From an uncultured delta proteobacterium (GTDB taxonomy: Bacteria > Desulfobacterota > Binatia > UBA9968), in the NCBI GenBank assembly GCA_963727625.1, contig CAVSHR010000004.1:576001-640000 (forward strand): a DNA stretch of 64,000 bases, given 5' to 3'. The translations under genes were made by a program, and so were the position numbers. Under the pieces are notes generated by a model. That model did not search any database and was not told the DNA's origin. It saw nothing but the letters and a program-made list of their open reading frames with translations. This document shows positions 49,152-58,417 of this stretch, piece by piece (within the stretch, counting starts at the first letter, position 1; every line of letters begins with the position of its first letter).

Positions 49152-49180
49152 TTAGACGGCGTCGTTAAACAAACGTTACA
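49152..49180 (-). promoter_or_regulatory. ECF-type promoter of the secreted-protein gene
   Basis: TGTAAC-16 bp-CGTCTAA on the minus strand, just upstream of the SD. Confidence 0.6.
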
Positions 49181-49259
49181 AAGTTCAACCATTTCTTAGG
49201 CTGCTTTGAACTCGTTGGAAGCGACTAGAGCCCGATCCATCGGAACGGGGCCAGCGTGA

Positions 49260-49288
49260 TTGACCGCCCGGCTTGTTTGCAATAGATT
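49260..49288 (+). promoter_or_regulatory. Putative sigma70 promoter of the Fur/PerR gene, overlapping an AT-rich imperfect palindrome
   Basis: TTGACC-17 bp-TAGATT; TTGCAATAGATTACCAA. Confidence 0.45.
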
Positions 49289-49365
49289 ACCAATAAGAAA
49301 GTAGTTGCATCACTGGGCAATTTTGACTTCGCGCTGCCAGTGGCGAAACCGCCAAAGGAAACCCA

Positions 49366-49875
49366 ATGGAAAAGCCAGCACAACCTAGCGGCGAGCAGCT
49401 GCAGCGCCTCGACGCCGCCTGCCGGGAGCGCGGCATTCCGGTGACGGTGCAGCGCCGGGCGATTCTCACGGCATTGCTTGAACGCCACGATCATCCCACC
49501 GTCGACCAGATTTATGTCGACGTGAAAGCTCGCATTCCCGGGCTATCCCGCACCCCCGTTTACCGCAACCTGGAAGCCCTGACCGACCTCGGGTTGGCGC
49601 GGCGGACCAACCATTTTGCGGCTTTCGCCCGCTTCGACGGCAACCTCGATCAACACCATCATTTGGTCTGCACAAAATGCGGCAAGGTGAAGGATTTCAA
49701 GGACTCCGGCTTAGCGTTGGCCGCACTCCCCGACTGCCGTCGGGCCGGATTCGCCGTGCAAGACTATTCGGTGTATTTTGAGGGCCTGTGCGGTAGCTGC
49801 AAGCGTTCTAACGGCTCCGCGAAGCGAAAAAAATCAAAAAACCGCGCAACACACCGCAACCGAGTGCAAATTTAG
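49366..49875 (+). CDS. Fur family transcriptional regulator (PerR-like)
   Basis: T.QR.AIL, DHPT, VYRNL, RFDGN...HHHLVCTKCG, GLCGSC. Confidence 0.9.
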   Translation: MEKPAQPSGEQLQRLDAACRERGIPVTVQRRAILTALLERHDHPTVDQIYVDVKARIPGLSRTPVYRNLEALTDLGLARRTNHFAAFARFDGNLDQHHHLVCTKCGKVKDFKDSGLALAALPDCRRAGFAVQDYSVYFEGLCGSCKRSNGSAKRKKSKNRATHRNRVQI

Positions 49876-49894
49876 CGCTGCGGAGGAATCGACC

Positions 49895-51196
49895 GTGACC
49901 AACAAACCCGCATATGACCCGACCGACCCCCGCTATTACAACGAAAAAGATCTCCGCTCCGAGGTCGAGCGAATCTTCGGCCTATGCGCCGACTGCCGCA
50001 TGTGCGTCAAGTATTGCGGCAGCTTTCCGAAAATGTTCGACGCCATCGACAATTACTGCACCGAAGGCAAATACGCCGAGGTCGACACTAAGAAATTAAA
50101 AACCGAAGACCTCGACAAAGTCGCCGACCTCTGCTTTCAATGCAAGCTTTGCTACATCAAGTGCCCCTACACACCGGGGGATCACGAGTGGGCAATCGAT
50201 TTTCCGCGTTTAATCGCGCGCGCCAAAGCGCAGAAAGTAAGAAAGAACGGTTCGCCGCCGCTCGACAAGCTGCTCGGCAATCCCGACCTGGTCGGCAAAC
50301 TGGGGACGGCAACTGCGCCACTGGCAAATTGGGGCAACGAAAATAGCTTTAACCGCCAGCTCATGCATACCGTGGTGGGAATTCACAAGGACAAGAAACT
50401 CCCGCCCTTCGCGTCAAAAACCTTCGCCCGGCAATTTGCCCGGCACCGCAAAACGCCCGAAGGCGAGCCTGCGGCGAGGATCGCCTTCTATTCGACCTGC
50501 TACGTCAACTACAACCAGCCGGAGATAGGGGTGGATACTCTGTCTGTCATGGCGCACAACAACGTCGACGTCGTCTTTGCGTACGAGCGCTGCTGCGGCA
50601 TGCCGCTTTGGCATAACGGTGACATGGACAGCGCGATTGCGGCGGCGAAAGCCAACCTCGCGGGCCTGATCCGCCATGTGGACGACGGCCGCCAGATCAT
50701 TGCCACCAACCCGACCTGTTCGCAGATGATCCGCGTCGAATATCCTCGACTGTTGGGCACCGAGGACGCGAAGAAAGTCGCGGCCCAGACCCTGGACCCG
50801 ATGCAATTTCTGGCTAAACTAGCGGGTGAAGGGAAACTCAAGAAAGATTTCAAATCCAGCGCCGGCGAGCTTAGCTATCACATGCCCTGCCATCTGCGCG
50901 CGCAGAATATCGGCTACAAAACTCGCGATGTCCTCTCCCTCTTACCGGACACCAAGGTCAAAGTGGTCGAAGAATGTTCCGGACACGACGGCACCTGGGC
51001 CATGAAGAAAGAAAATTTCGAGCAATCGCTAAAGTACGGTGGGCGGGCTTTCGCCCAAATGGCCGAGGGCGATCCTAGGGTTACTTGCTCCGATTGCCCG
51101 CTGGCGGCGATCCAGATCGAGCAAGCCAACGGGCGCCAGCCGCTCAATCCGATGCAGATCCTTGCCAAGAGTTACCGCGGTGAAGCGATTGGCTAG
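49895..51196 (+). CDS. Fe-S oxidoreductase with CCG domains (GlpC/HdrD-like, rubrerythrin-associated type)
   Basis: CADCRMCVKYC, CFQCKLCYIKCPY, CCGMP, YHMPCH, CSGHDGTW; GTG after GGAGG. Confidence 0.85.
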   Translation: MTNKPAYDPTDPRYYNEKDLRSEVERIFGLCADCRMCVKYCGSFPKMFDAIDNYCTEGKYAEVDTKKLKTEDLDKVADLCFQCKLCYIKCPYTPGDHEWAIDFPRLIARAKAQKVRKNGSPPLDKLLGNPDLVGKLGTATAPLANWGNENSFNRQLMHTVVGIHKDKKLPPFASKTFARQFARHRKTPEGEPAARIAFYSTCYVNYNQPEIGVDTLSVMAHNNVDVVFAYERCCGMPLWHNGDMDSAIAAAKANLAGLIRHVDDGRQIIATNPTCSQMIRVEYPRLLGTEDAKKVAAQTLDPMQFLAKLAGEGKLKKDFKSSAGELSYHMPCHLRAQNIGYKTRDVLSLLPDTKVKVVEECSGHDGTWAMKKENFEQSLKYGGRAFAQMAEGDPRVTCSDCPLAAIQIEQANGRQPLNPMQILAKSYRGEAIG

Positions 51197-51210
51197 CGTC
51201 GGTCAATCGT

Positions 51211-51954
51211 TCACGCCGCTCGGGGATCGCAACCGCGCCGGTCGCGTGCCAGACCGCAGGCAAGGGCGACCTCGTCGCGATAATCGATCCAATAATCCAA
51301 CGCTTCTTTCATGGTTCGCACGACTGCGCCCCGTCGCAACGGCACCACATGATCGACGACGTCCCTCCATGCCGCGGCGCGATGGTGCCCCTCCACCTCG
51401 CGATGCGCCTTGGTCAGAGCCAACTTGTCGAGCGGTAAACCGTAGTATTTGACCAGTGGATGTTCTACCAGTGGCATCTCGTTCTGATTTTCCGGCGCCA
51501 AGGCGGTCCGCTCGTCGGACGAGCCCTCGACAAAAATGGTCACGATTGCCACCGCGATATCCCAGCCGTAATGTTGGGTCGCTTCGTCGAGAAAATGGCG
51601 GTAGCGCTTGGCCGCCGGCAGCAATTGGATATGCTCGAAGCGTTCGAGATCCATGCCCAAGCCGCGCGGATATTCCAGAAACAATTGCGGATGAGGGCTG
51701 CCCGCAACCAATCGTCCGGTTTCTTCTTCGTACAAATTTTCCGCTAAACTTCTCCTAATCGCCGCGACCGGACAACGCACAAAGGCTCTGCCGACCAACA
51801 CCGGAAAGTCGCGGACGTAGGTTTCGTATTCCTGTTCAAAATGAATATGCAGGCGCTCTCCGGGCACCAACCCAGAGGTGAACATCGGCCAGGCCCAGTG
51901 TTTCTTCTGCTCCATAACGCCGAGCATTTGTTCGCGAAAAATTTCCCTATCCAT
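51211..51954 (-). CDS. Heme-oxygenase-like diiron protein (PqqC/TenA/CADD family)
   Basis: ENLYEEETG...HP.LF, FVEGS, AHREVEGHH metal-ligand pattern. Confidence 0.75.
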   Translation of the reverse strand: MDREIFREQMLGVMEQKKHWAWPMFTSGLVPGERLHIHFEQEYETYVRDFPVLVGRAFVRCPVAAIRRSLAENLYEEETGRLVAGSPHPQLFLEYPRGLGMDLERFEHIQLLPAAKRYRHFLDEATQHYGWDIAVAIVTIFVEGSSDERTALAPENQNEMPLVEHPLVKYYGLPLDKLALTKAHREVEGHHRAAAWRDVVDHVVPLRRGAVVRTMKEALDYWIDYRDEVALACGLARDRRGCDPRAA

Positions 51955-52366
51955 GAACGTCCCTTTCTCTAAGGCGATTGATTCATTGATTTAGAAAGCA
52001 ACGAATATGCCAAACTCTAAAAGCGCGAACTTATAAGAATTGAGCCATGAAGGGCTAAAGGCAGAGTGGTCGGTCCTCCGGATGATCGGTGAAAATCGGG
52101 CTGCTTTGCCGCCGCTTCACCAAGGGAATCTAGATCGCTGAAGAACTTGGTAATGGTGCAGCGGCAAGGGCACGGATCCGGCCAGACACAACCTGCGAAT
52201 CGGCCGGCAGCAGTCGGTGCTGGCTTGACAACCCTATTGTCTAACGTGACGCAACGACGTGACCTTCGCCATGCCGGCAGCGTGCCCCTCGCTACAAGCG
52301 GGCTTGAGTCGCGGATGTGAGATCGGGCGAATGATTCTCTGCGCTTTATCTCGACGGTGAATTTTC

Positions 52367-53719
52367 CTAGGCCACTTTTGTCCGCATGGTGACGAACTCT
52401 TCCGCCGCGGTCGGGTGAATACCGATGGTAGCGTCGAACTGCGCTTTGGTGGCACCGCAATTAAGCGCCACTGCGAGTCCCTGGATGATCTCGCCGGCGT
52501 CGGGACCCACCATGTGGCAGCCAAGGACCCGATCGCTGGACTGATCGACGACTAACTTCATCATCGTGCGTTCATCGCGGCCGCTGAGCATATGTTTGAG
52601 TGGCCGGAAGGAAGACTTGTAGATATCGACTTTGAAGTTGCCCTGTCGGGCTTCTTGTTCCGTCAGACCGACCGTGCCGCAATTGGGCGTGCTGAATATC
52701 GCCGTCGGCACGTTGAGATAACTGGGCCGCAGCGGCTTGTTGTTGAACAAAGTGTTTGCCACCGCCATCCCTTCTGCGATGGCAACGGGGGTGAGCATCA
52801 TCCGATCGGTGCAGTCGCCGATGGCGTAAATACTGTCCACGCTGGATCTCAGATACTCGTCCACGACCACGGCGCCGTTGGCCTTGAGCGTGACGCCGGC
52901 TCGCTCCAGCCCCAGGTCGCCGGTCTTAGGCTCACGTCCAGTCGCGTAAAGGATCTGTTTGGCTTCGATGACGCTGCCATCCGTCAAGGTCGCCTTGAGC
53001 AAGTCGCCGACCTTATCGATTCGCCGAATATCGACTCTAAATCGCAAATCGACGCCGCGCTTGCGCATCTCGTCTGCCAGCGTCAAGCGAATATCGTCGT
53101 CGAAACCGCGCAAGAAGAGTTCACCGCGGTAGAGCTCGGTGGTTTGCGCGCCCAGTCCATGGAAAATACCGGCGAACTCGACGCCGATGTAACCGCCGCC
53201 GACAATGATCACCTTTACCGGCAGCGATGGCCAATAGAAAGCCTCGTTGGAAGTCACCGCGTGCTCTGCGCCGGGGATGTTCGGCACCATTGGCCAGCCG
53301 CCCACCGCGATGAGAATATATTTTGCCGTGACTTTTTTTCCGTCCACGGCGACGGTATGCGGGTCGATGACTTCGGCGTGCGCTTCAAGAATCGCCACCC
53401 CCGAGTCGCCGAGCAACTTACGATAGACGCCGTTGAGCCGGCTGATTTCTTTGTTCTTGTTGGCAATTAATGTCGCCCAATCGAAGCGCCGTTCCCCGAC
53501 GGACCAGCCGAATCCGGCGGCATCGGCAAAATCCTCGCTGTAGTGGGAAGCGTAGACTAAAAGTTTTTTTGGAATGCAGCCGACGTTCACGCAGGTACCG
53601 CCGAGATACCGCTCTTCGGCCACCGCCACCTTAGCTCCGAATGCCGCCGACACCCGGCTGGCACGCACGCCGCCGGAGCCGGCGCCAATGGTGAAGAGAT
53701 CGTAATCAAAATGGGCCAT
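52367..53719 (-). CDS. gor: Glutathione-disulfide reductase
   Basis: [52 protein letters not shown]. Confidence 0.95.
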   Translation of the reverse strand: MAHFDYDLFTIGAGSGGVRASRVSAAFGAKVAVAEERYLGGTCVNVGCIPKKLLVYASHYSEDFADAAGFGWSVGERRFDWATLIANKNKEISRLNGVYRKLLGDSGVAILEAHAEVIDPHTVAVDGKKVTAKYILIAVGGWPMVPNIPGAEHAVTSNEAFYWPSLPVKVIIVGGGYIGVEFAGIFHGLGAQTTELYRGELFLRGFDDDIRLTLADEMRKRGVDLRFRVDIRRIDKVGDLLKATLTDGSVIEAKQILYATGREPKTGDLGLERAGVTLKANGAVVVDEYLRSSVDSIYAIGDCTDRMMLTPVAIAEGMAVANTLFNNKPLRPSYLNVPTAIFSTPNCGTVGLTEQEARQGNFKVDIYKSSFRPLKHMLSGRDERTMMKLVVDQSSDRVLGCHMVGPDAGEIIQGLAVALNCGATKAQFDATIGIHPTAAEEFVTMRTKVA

Positions 53720-53797
53720 AGAGAATCGCCTTTTACCCTTAAAAGCTTGTTGGGCATAAAAAGTAGCATCCGCGAAGGTAAAAGTCTCGCGCCGCCT

Positions 53798-53826
53798 TTG
53801 ACAGACTCGGTGTATTTATGAACAAT
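53798..53826 (+). promoter_or_regulatory. Putative sigma70 promoter
   Basis: TTGACA-17 bp-AACAAT upstream of the MFS gene. Confidence 0.5.
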
Positions 53827-53861
53827 GGCGAAATTTCCGTCCGTTAGAGAATAGCATCGCC

Positions 53862-55112
53862 ATGCCACAAGCCGCTGTTGAAACCGTCTCGGGGAGCGAA
53901 CGTCTGCGCCAAGCGCTGAGCGCATTGCGCCACCGCAATTACCGGCTTTACTGGTTCGGCCAGCTGTCTTCAGTGTTAGCGCAGAACATGGAAGGCGTGG
54001 CACAAAGCTGGCTCGTGCTCGAGCTCACCGATTCGCCGTTGCTGCTCGGCTTGACCGGTTTGACTTTTGCCACGCCGACCATCGCGTTGACCCTTCTCGG
54101 CGGCGTGATCGCCGACCGGGCCGACCGCCGGCGCATCATGATTCTTTCTCAAAGCGCCTCCGCTTCGATGTTTCTCATGCTCGCGACTTTGATCGTCACC
54201 GAATGGGTCGCGCTCTGGCATGTGATGGCCTTGGCCTTCGTCTCCGGCTGCGTGCGCGCCTTCGATCGGCCGAGCCGTATGGCGCTCTTACCGCAGATGG
54301 TGTCCAAAGAAGATATTCCGAATGCTGTCGCGGTGGGTGGCACGATCTGGCAATTGAATCGCCTCGTCGGTCCCGCCGTCGCCGGCATGCTGATTTATTT
54401 GATCGGCATTGGACCGACCTATTATTTTTGTTTCGCCGCTTCGCTCAGCGCAGTAACTCTCTGGCTGGGTATCCGCCTGACCGCGGCGCCGTCCGCGACT
54501 TCGACCGGCGGCATCGTGCGCCATATGGCCGAAGGGCTCAACTTCATTCGCAAGAATGAAATTTACAACACCTTTATCGGCATGATCTTTTTCAACAGCG
54601 TGTTCGGGATGTCCTATCTGATCTTAATGCCGGTATTCGCGCGCAACGTACTCGACGTCGGCTCTCAAGGATTCGGCTTTCTGCAGAGCGCGGGCGGTGC
54701 CGGTGCGCTCATCGGCGTGCTCGCAGTGGCGTGGTTCTCTCACTCGCGGGCCAAGGGCCGCCAGGCGGTCTTTGGCGCCACGGCCTTCGGCATGTTGCTG
54801 ATCGCCTTCGCGCTGTCCAATTCCTACCAACTGTCTTTATTTCTCGCCCTTGCGCTCGGCGCCGCCAGTCAATTCTACATGACGACAATCAGCACCGTCT
54901 TACAGGTCAATCTGCCCAATCAACTGCGCGGCCGCGTCATGGGCATCTACGGTCTCGCTTGGGAACTCATGCCGGTAGGCGGTTTGATAGCAGGGGCCAT
55001 CGCGGAGTTCGCCGGCGCCCCGGTCGCGGTCGGCTTCGGCGGCTTCATGGTCGCGGCCATGGCGATAATCGTCGTATTGTATCGCCCGGCCATTCGCAGC
55101 TTGGAACAATAG
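53862..55112 (+). CDS. MFS transporter (MFS_3)
   Basis: ALRHRNYRLYWFGQ, GGVIADRADRRR, FDRPSR, LRGRVMG. Confidence 0.9.
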   Translation: MPQAAVETVSGSERLRQALSALRHRNYRLYWFGQLSSVLAQNMEGVAQSWLVLELTDSPLLLGLTGLTFATPTIALTLLGGVIADRADRRRIMILSQSASASMFLMLATLIVTEWVALWHVMALAFVSGCVRAFDRPSRMALLPQMVSKEDIPNAVAVGGTIWQLNRLVGPAVAGMLIYLIGIGPTYYFCFAASLSAVTLWLGIRLTAAPSATSTGGIVRHMAEGLNFIRKNEIYNTFIGMIFFNSVFGMSYLILMPVFARNVLDVGSQGFGFLQSAGGAGALIGVLAVAWFSHSRAKGRQAVFGATAFGMLLIAFALSNSYQLSLFLALALGAASQFYMTTISTVLQVNLPNQLRGRVMGIYGLAWELMPVGGLIAGAIAEFAGAPVAVGFGGFMVAAMAIIVVLYRPAIRSLEQ

Positions 55113-55151
55113 AGCATCCTGTGTTAGACCAAAATCTCGACTGATAAACCG

Positions 55152-56144
55152 ATGGCCGAGAAAAAAGCCAAGAAGAAAGCAGGCCCGCCACGCAAGCGCC
55201 GTAAACTTGCCGGCCATGCCACCGGCCTAACGGCGAAAGAGCTGCCAACAACTTCGCCGCCGAGCGACATTGAAGAGTTAAAAGACGCGATTGAAACGGA
55301 CGGCGGCAAGATTCTGGCAAGCTACCGTGAACCGTTCGGCGGCCATTGGCTGGTGCTGGCCGGGCTGCCCATCGATCAGGTCGAGCCGACTCCCTATCAG
55401 CGCAATCTTTCCGACGCCCATGTACGCAAGCTCGAAGTCGTCATCGCCAAGCTTGGCCGCTTTCTCGATCCCATAATCGTCGTCCGCAAGGAAAGAAAAG
55501 ATAGCGTCACGCGTTACTGGACGCCCAATGGCAATCACCGTTTGTCCGCCATGAAAACCCTCGGCGCCAGAAGTATCGTAGGTCTGGTCGTGCCGGAAAC
55601 GGCCACCGCCTATCAAATTCTCGCGCTCAACACGGAAAAGGCGCACAACCTGCGCGAACGCGCTCTCGAAGTGATTAAAATGTACCAGGAGCTGACGACG
55701 TTCGACGACGCCACTGAAGAAACTTATGCGCTGGAGTTCGAAGAGGCCGCCTTGATCACCCTGGGCCTCTGCTACCTGGAATACGGCCGCTTCAGCGGCG
55801 GCGCCTACCATCCGATTCTCAGACGGTCCGACCAATTTATTAAAAAGCCGCTCAGAGGAGCCCTCGTAATTCGCCAGGAACGCGCCAAGAGGCTGATGAA
55901 TCTCGATAAAACCGTCGTCGCCAAAGTCGATGCGCTCAAGGCCAAAGGCCTGACGAGCCCCTATTTGAAAAGTTTCGTCGTCGCGCGCATCAATCCGACC
56001 CGCTTCCGTCCCAAAGACGCCGCGCCGCTTAGTTTCGACGAGGTGATGGATCGTATGACCACAGCGGCCGACAAAATGAATGTCGAAAAAATTAGGGTGG
56101 AAGATTTGGCAAAATCAGGCGGCGCGCCAGAGGAAGCGGCTTAG
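55152..56144 (+). CDS. ParB/sulfiredoxin N-terminal domain protein (stand-alone)
   Basis: PTPYQR, FLDPIIV, PNGNHRLSA, LNTEK; Lys-rich N-terminal tail. Confidence 0.8.
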   Translation: MAEKKAKKKAGPPRKRRKLAGHATGLTAKELPTTSPPSDIEELKDAIETDGGKILASYREPFGGHWLVLAGLPIDQVEPTPYQRNLSDAHVRKLEVVIAKLGRFLDPIIVVRKERKDSVTRYWTPNGNHRLSAMKTLGARSIVGLVVPETATAYQILALNTEKAHNLRERALEVIKMYQELTTFDDATEETYALEFEEAALITLGLCYLEYGRFSGGAYHPILRRSDQFIKKPLRGALVIRQERAKRLMNLDKTVVAKVDALKAKGLTSPYLKSFVVARINPTRFRPKDAAPLSFDEVMDRMTTAADKMNVEKIRVEDLAKSGGAPEEAA

Positions 56145-56248
56145 TCGACCGGGTTTGCTTTTTTAAAGACCCTTTTGCGGCAAAGTTCTAAAGCTCAGCC
56201 ACCGGTGCTCAAAACTGGAAACCCGCAACCGTTAGCCCGGCCAGCCCG

Positions 56249-57385
56249 CTACACCCGAGGATAGGTCGGCACCATCTCCGGCCGATAAGTCCATTGTTTG
56301 AGGGGCATTCCCGCCGCGAGATTTTTCAGCTCCCTTTCCCAAATCTTTCGTAGCAAAAACACGCCCCGATCGCTACGGCCGAGATGTTCGTTGCTGCGCA
56401 CCGCGATCGCGCCTTGGCCGGTTTGGGCAATTTCATCTTCCAGCATCACGAAGTCGATGCGCTTGGGGTCCACCTCGCTCAGATGGAGCTTGCCCGCGAG
56501 GATCGCTCGCACTAACTCGGGCCTCTCCGCTTCCGCCTTGACGCGCAGCTCGCGCCGCGCTTCAATCCAAGCCCGGCCGCGCTCGCCGGTCAGTGGGATC
56601 GCCCGCACCTCGAAGTGAATGTGATTTTCATCGTCCACCGGGACTTTGAAGACCATGACATCCGCGCGCTTGATCACCGAATCGACCACCTGGCCGTTGA
56701 TAAAATTGATGTTCGGCATGCCGAAGAAAAAAGTCAGGTCCTTGCCGTCGGGATATCTGACGTAGCGTTTAATGCCCCAGTCGGACTCCTCTACGGTAAT
56801 GATCGGGTCGCCGAGCACGACGTGATCGTCGGCCGTATCCCGGTGCCGCTGATGCACGAAGCGCACATGGGCGTTGTCGAGCGAGTTGTCAAGGTTGTTA
56901 AAGTAGTTGCAAATCCGCCTGAGCCCGGCCACGTCCAGCGAGATCTCGGCAACTTCGAATCTCGGATAGCGCGGAAGCGGCGGCGGCGCCCCTTCGCCCA
57001 GAAAGGCGAAGATCAGGCCGATGTCTTCCTTGACCGGATAACTGGGGATGCGAATTTTTTCGGCGAAGGACTGTCTCTCCGCCGGCTGTTCGACGCATTG
57101 CCCCGCTCCGTCATATTTCCAGCCATGGTAAAAGCATCGGATGCACTCGCCTTCCACCGTGCCCACCGAGAGCTGCGTGCCGCGGTGGGCGCAACGCGCC
57201 CCGATTAAATAAGGCGCGCCGCTGGCGCCGCGATAAAGCGTAAAATCTTCGCCGAGGATCCGGACGGGAAAGGGACGGCCGGCTAAGAGCTCATGCGAGC
57301 AAGCCACCGGCTGCCAGAACAGGCGCAGATAACGGCCGGCCAGAGTTTCCGGACCGGTGTGCACTATCTCGCTAAAATCCATCAT
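56249..57385 (-). CDS. Rieske non-heme iron oxygenase alpha subunit (phthalate 4,5-dioxygenase/LigX-like)
   Basis: CAH...C.YHGW Rieske motif; NSLDNAH..FVH iron motif; EDEIAQ.GQG; EHLG.SD. Confidence 0.9.
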   Translation of the reverse strand: MMDFSEIVHTGPETLAGRYLRLFWQPVACSHELLAGRPFPVRILGEDFTLYRGASGAPYLIGARCAHRGTQLSVGTVEGECIRCFYHGWKYDGAGQCVEQPAERQSFAEKIRIPSYPVKEDIGLIFAFLGEGAPPPLPRYPRFEVAEISLDVAGLRRICNYFNNLDNSLDNAHVRFVHQRHRDTADDHVVLGDPIITVEESDWGIKRYVRYPDGKDLTFFFGMPNINFINGQVVDSVIKRADVMVFKVPVDDENHIHFEVRAIPLTGERGRAWIEARRELRVKAEAERPELVRAILAGKLHLSEVDPKRIDFVMLEDEIAQTGQGAIAVRSNEHLGRSDRGVFLLRKIWERELKNLAAGMPLKQWTYRPEMVPTYPRV

Positions 57386-57417
57386 TCACCTCTCACTCAT
57401 TTGGCAGCGAGTTTTTG

Positions 57418-58374
57418 CTAGGTGTCGAGCATGCTCGGATGAAACATCTCCTCCGGTTTGAATCTTCGAGAAACCAACCCCTGCCGCAATGCGTATTCGA
57501 GCATTTTGTCGACTTCCGGACGAGATTTGTTGAACCCCCAAACATAGGGATCGGCACCGGCAATGGCGCGCTCCTCTTCCCATAACGAGCGATACCACAA
57601 TCCGGTCATGTGAACGCGCTGGCGCTCGAGCCAGCGGTAACATTCCTGCTTCGATTCCTGCCAGGCGTCGAACATGCTCGCCGCCACCCAGGGATATTTT
57701 TCCAGCACTGCGGTCTTAATCAACAAGGTGTGCTGGATCGGAAAAAACCCGGTCTTCCTGAAATATTTTCTTTCCTCTTCGGTGTAGTTGGGCAGCAAGA
57801 AATCGATATCCGGGTGGCCGAAAGGCGCCCAGGTTTCCGTCGTAATACCGGCGTCTATTTGTCCCGCGATGAGCAAATCGTGCAGCTTGGCGCCCTGCGG
57901 CGCGACCTCCAGCTTGAGCCAGGGCGGCGCTTGCCAGCGGCCGATCTTTTCGTGCCAGTTAGCAACCCAAGTAATCGATTTGAGATCGACGCCGTATTCT
58001 TCTTCCAAGATCCCGCGGGCCCACAGCGCCGTGGTGGTAAACCAGGTCTGAACGCCAATCCGTTTGCCGTTGAGTTCTCTCGGCGCACGAATGCCGGCGC
58101 GCTTGTTGACGTAGATATACGAATGGCGAAACATGCGTTTGACGAAGATCGGGATCGCCGTGAAGCCAAGCGATTTTTGCTCCAGATCGGCCATGTAGAT
58201 GCCGGTGAAAAACTCGGCGATGTCGAATTTCCCGGCGCGCGCGTCGCGTTGCCGGCTGCGGTCATCGGAGTTGACGTCAATGGTCAGATCGATGTCGCGC
58301 GGCTTGACGCGCCCATCGATGAGCGCCTGGCTGCGGTCGTACAGCGCGCAAGTCATGCCGAGTTTCAACGCCAT
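57418..58374 (-). CDS. 4,5-dihydroxyphthalate decarboxylase-like protein (OphC family, PBP fold)
   Basis: YDR..ALIDG.V, FDIAE, PIF..RMFRHS.IYV, W.RG.L, Y..KTG.FPI.H, DPY.WG. Confidence 0.8.
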   Translation of the reverse strand: MALKLGMTCALYDRSQALIDGRVKPRDIDLTIDVNSDDRSRQRDARAGKFDIAEFFTGIYMADLEQKSLGFTAIPIFVKRMFRHSYIYVNKRAGIRAPRELNGKRIGVQTWFTTTALWARGILEEEYGVDLKSITWVANWHEKIGRWQAPPWLKLEVAPQGAKLHDLLIAGQIDAGITTETWAPFGHPDIDFLLPNYTEEERKYFRKTGFFPIQHTLLIKTAVLEKYPWVAASMFDAWQESKQECYRWLERQRVHMTGLWYRSLWEEERAIAGADPYVWGFNKSRPEVDKMLEYALRQGLVSRRFKPEEMFHPSMLDT

Positions 58375-58417
58375 CTTAATTTCGCATATCCCTTCGTGTT
58401 CTTAACCCCTGGCCAGC

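Noticed and set aside
52017-52360. Intergenic ORFs or an ncRNA between the HO-like gene and gor
   Set aside because: No motif, SD or convincing structure found
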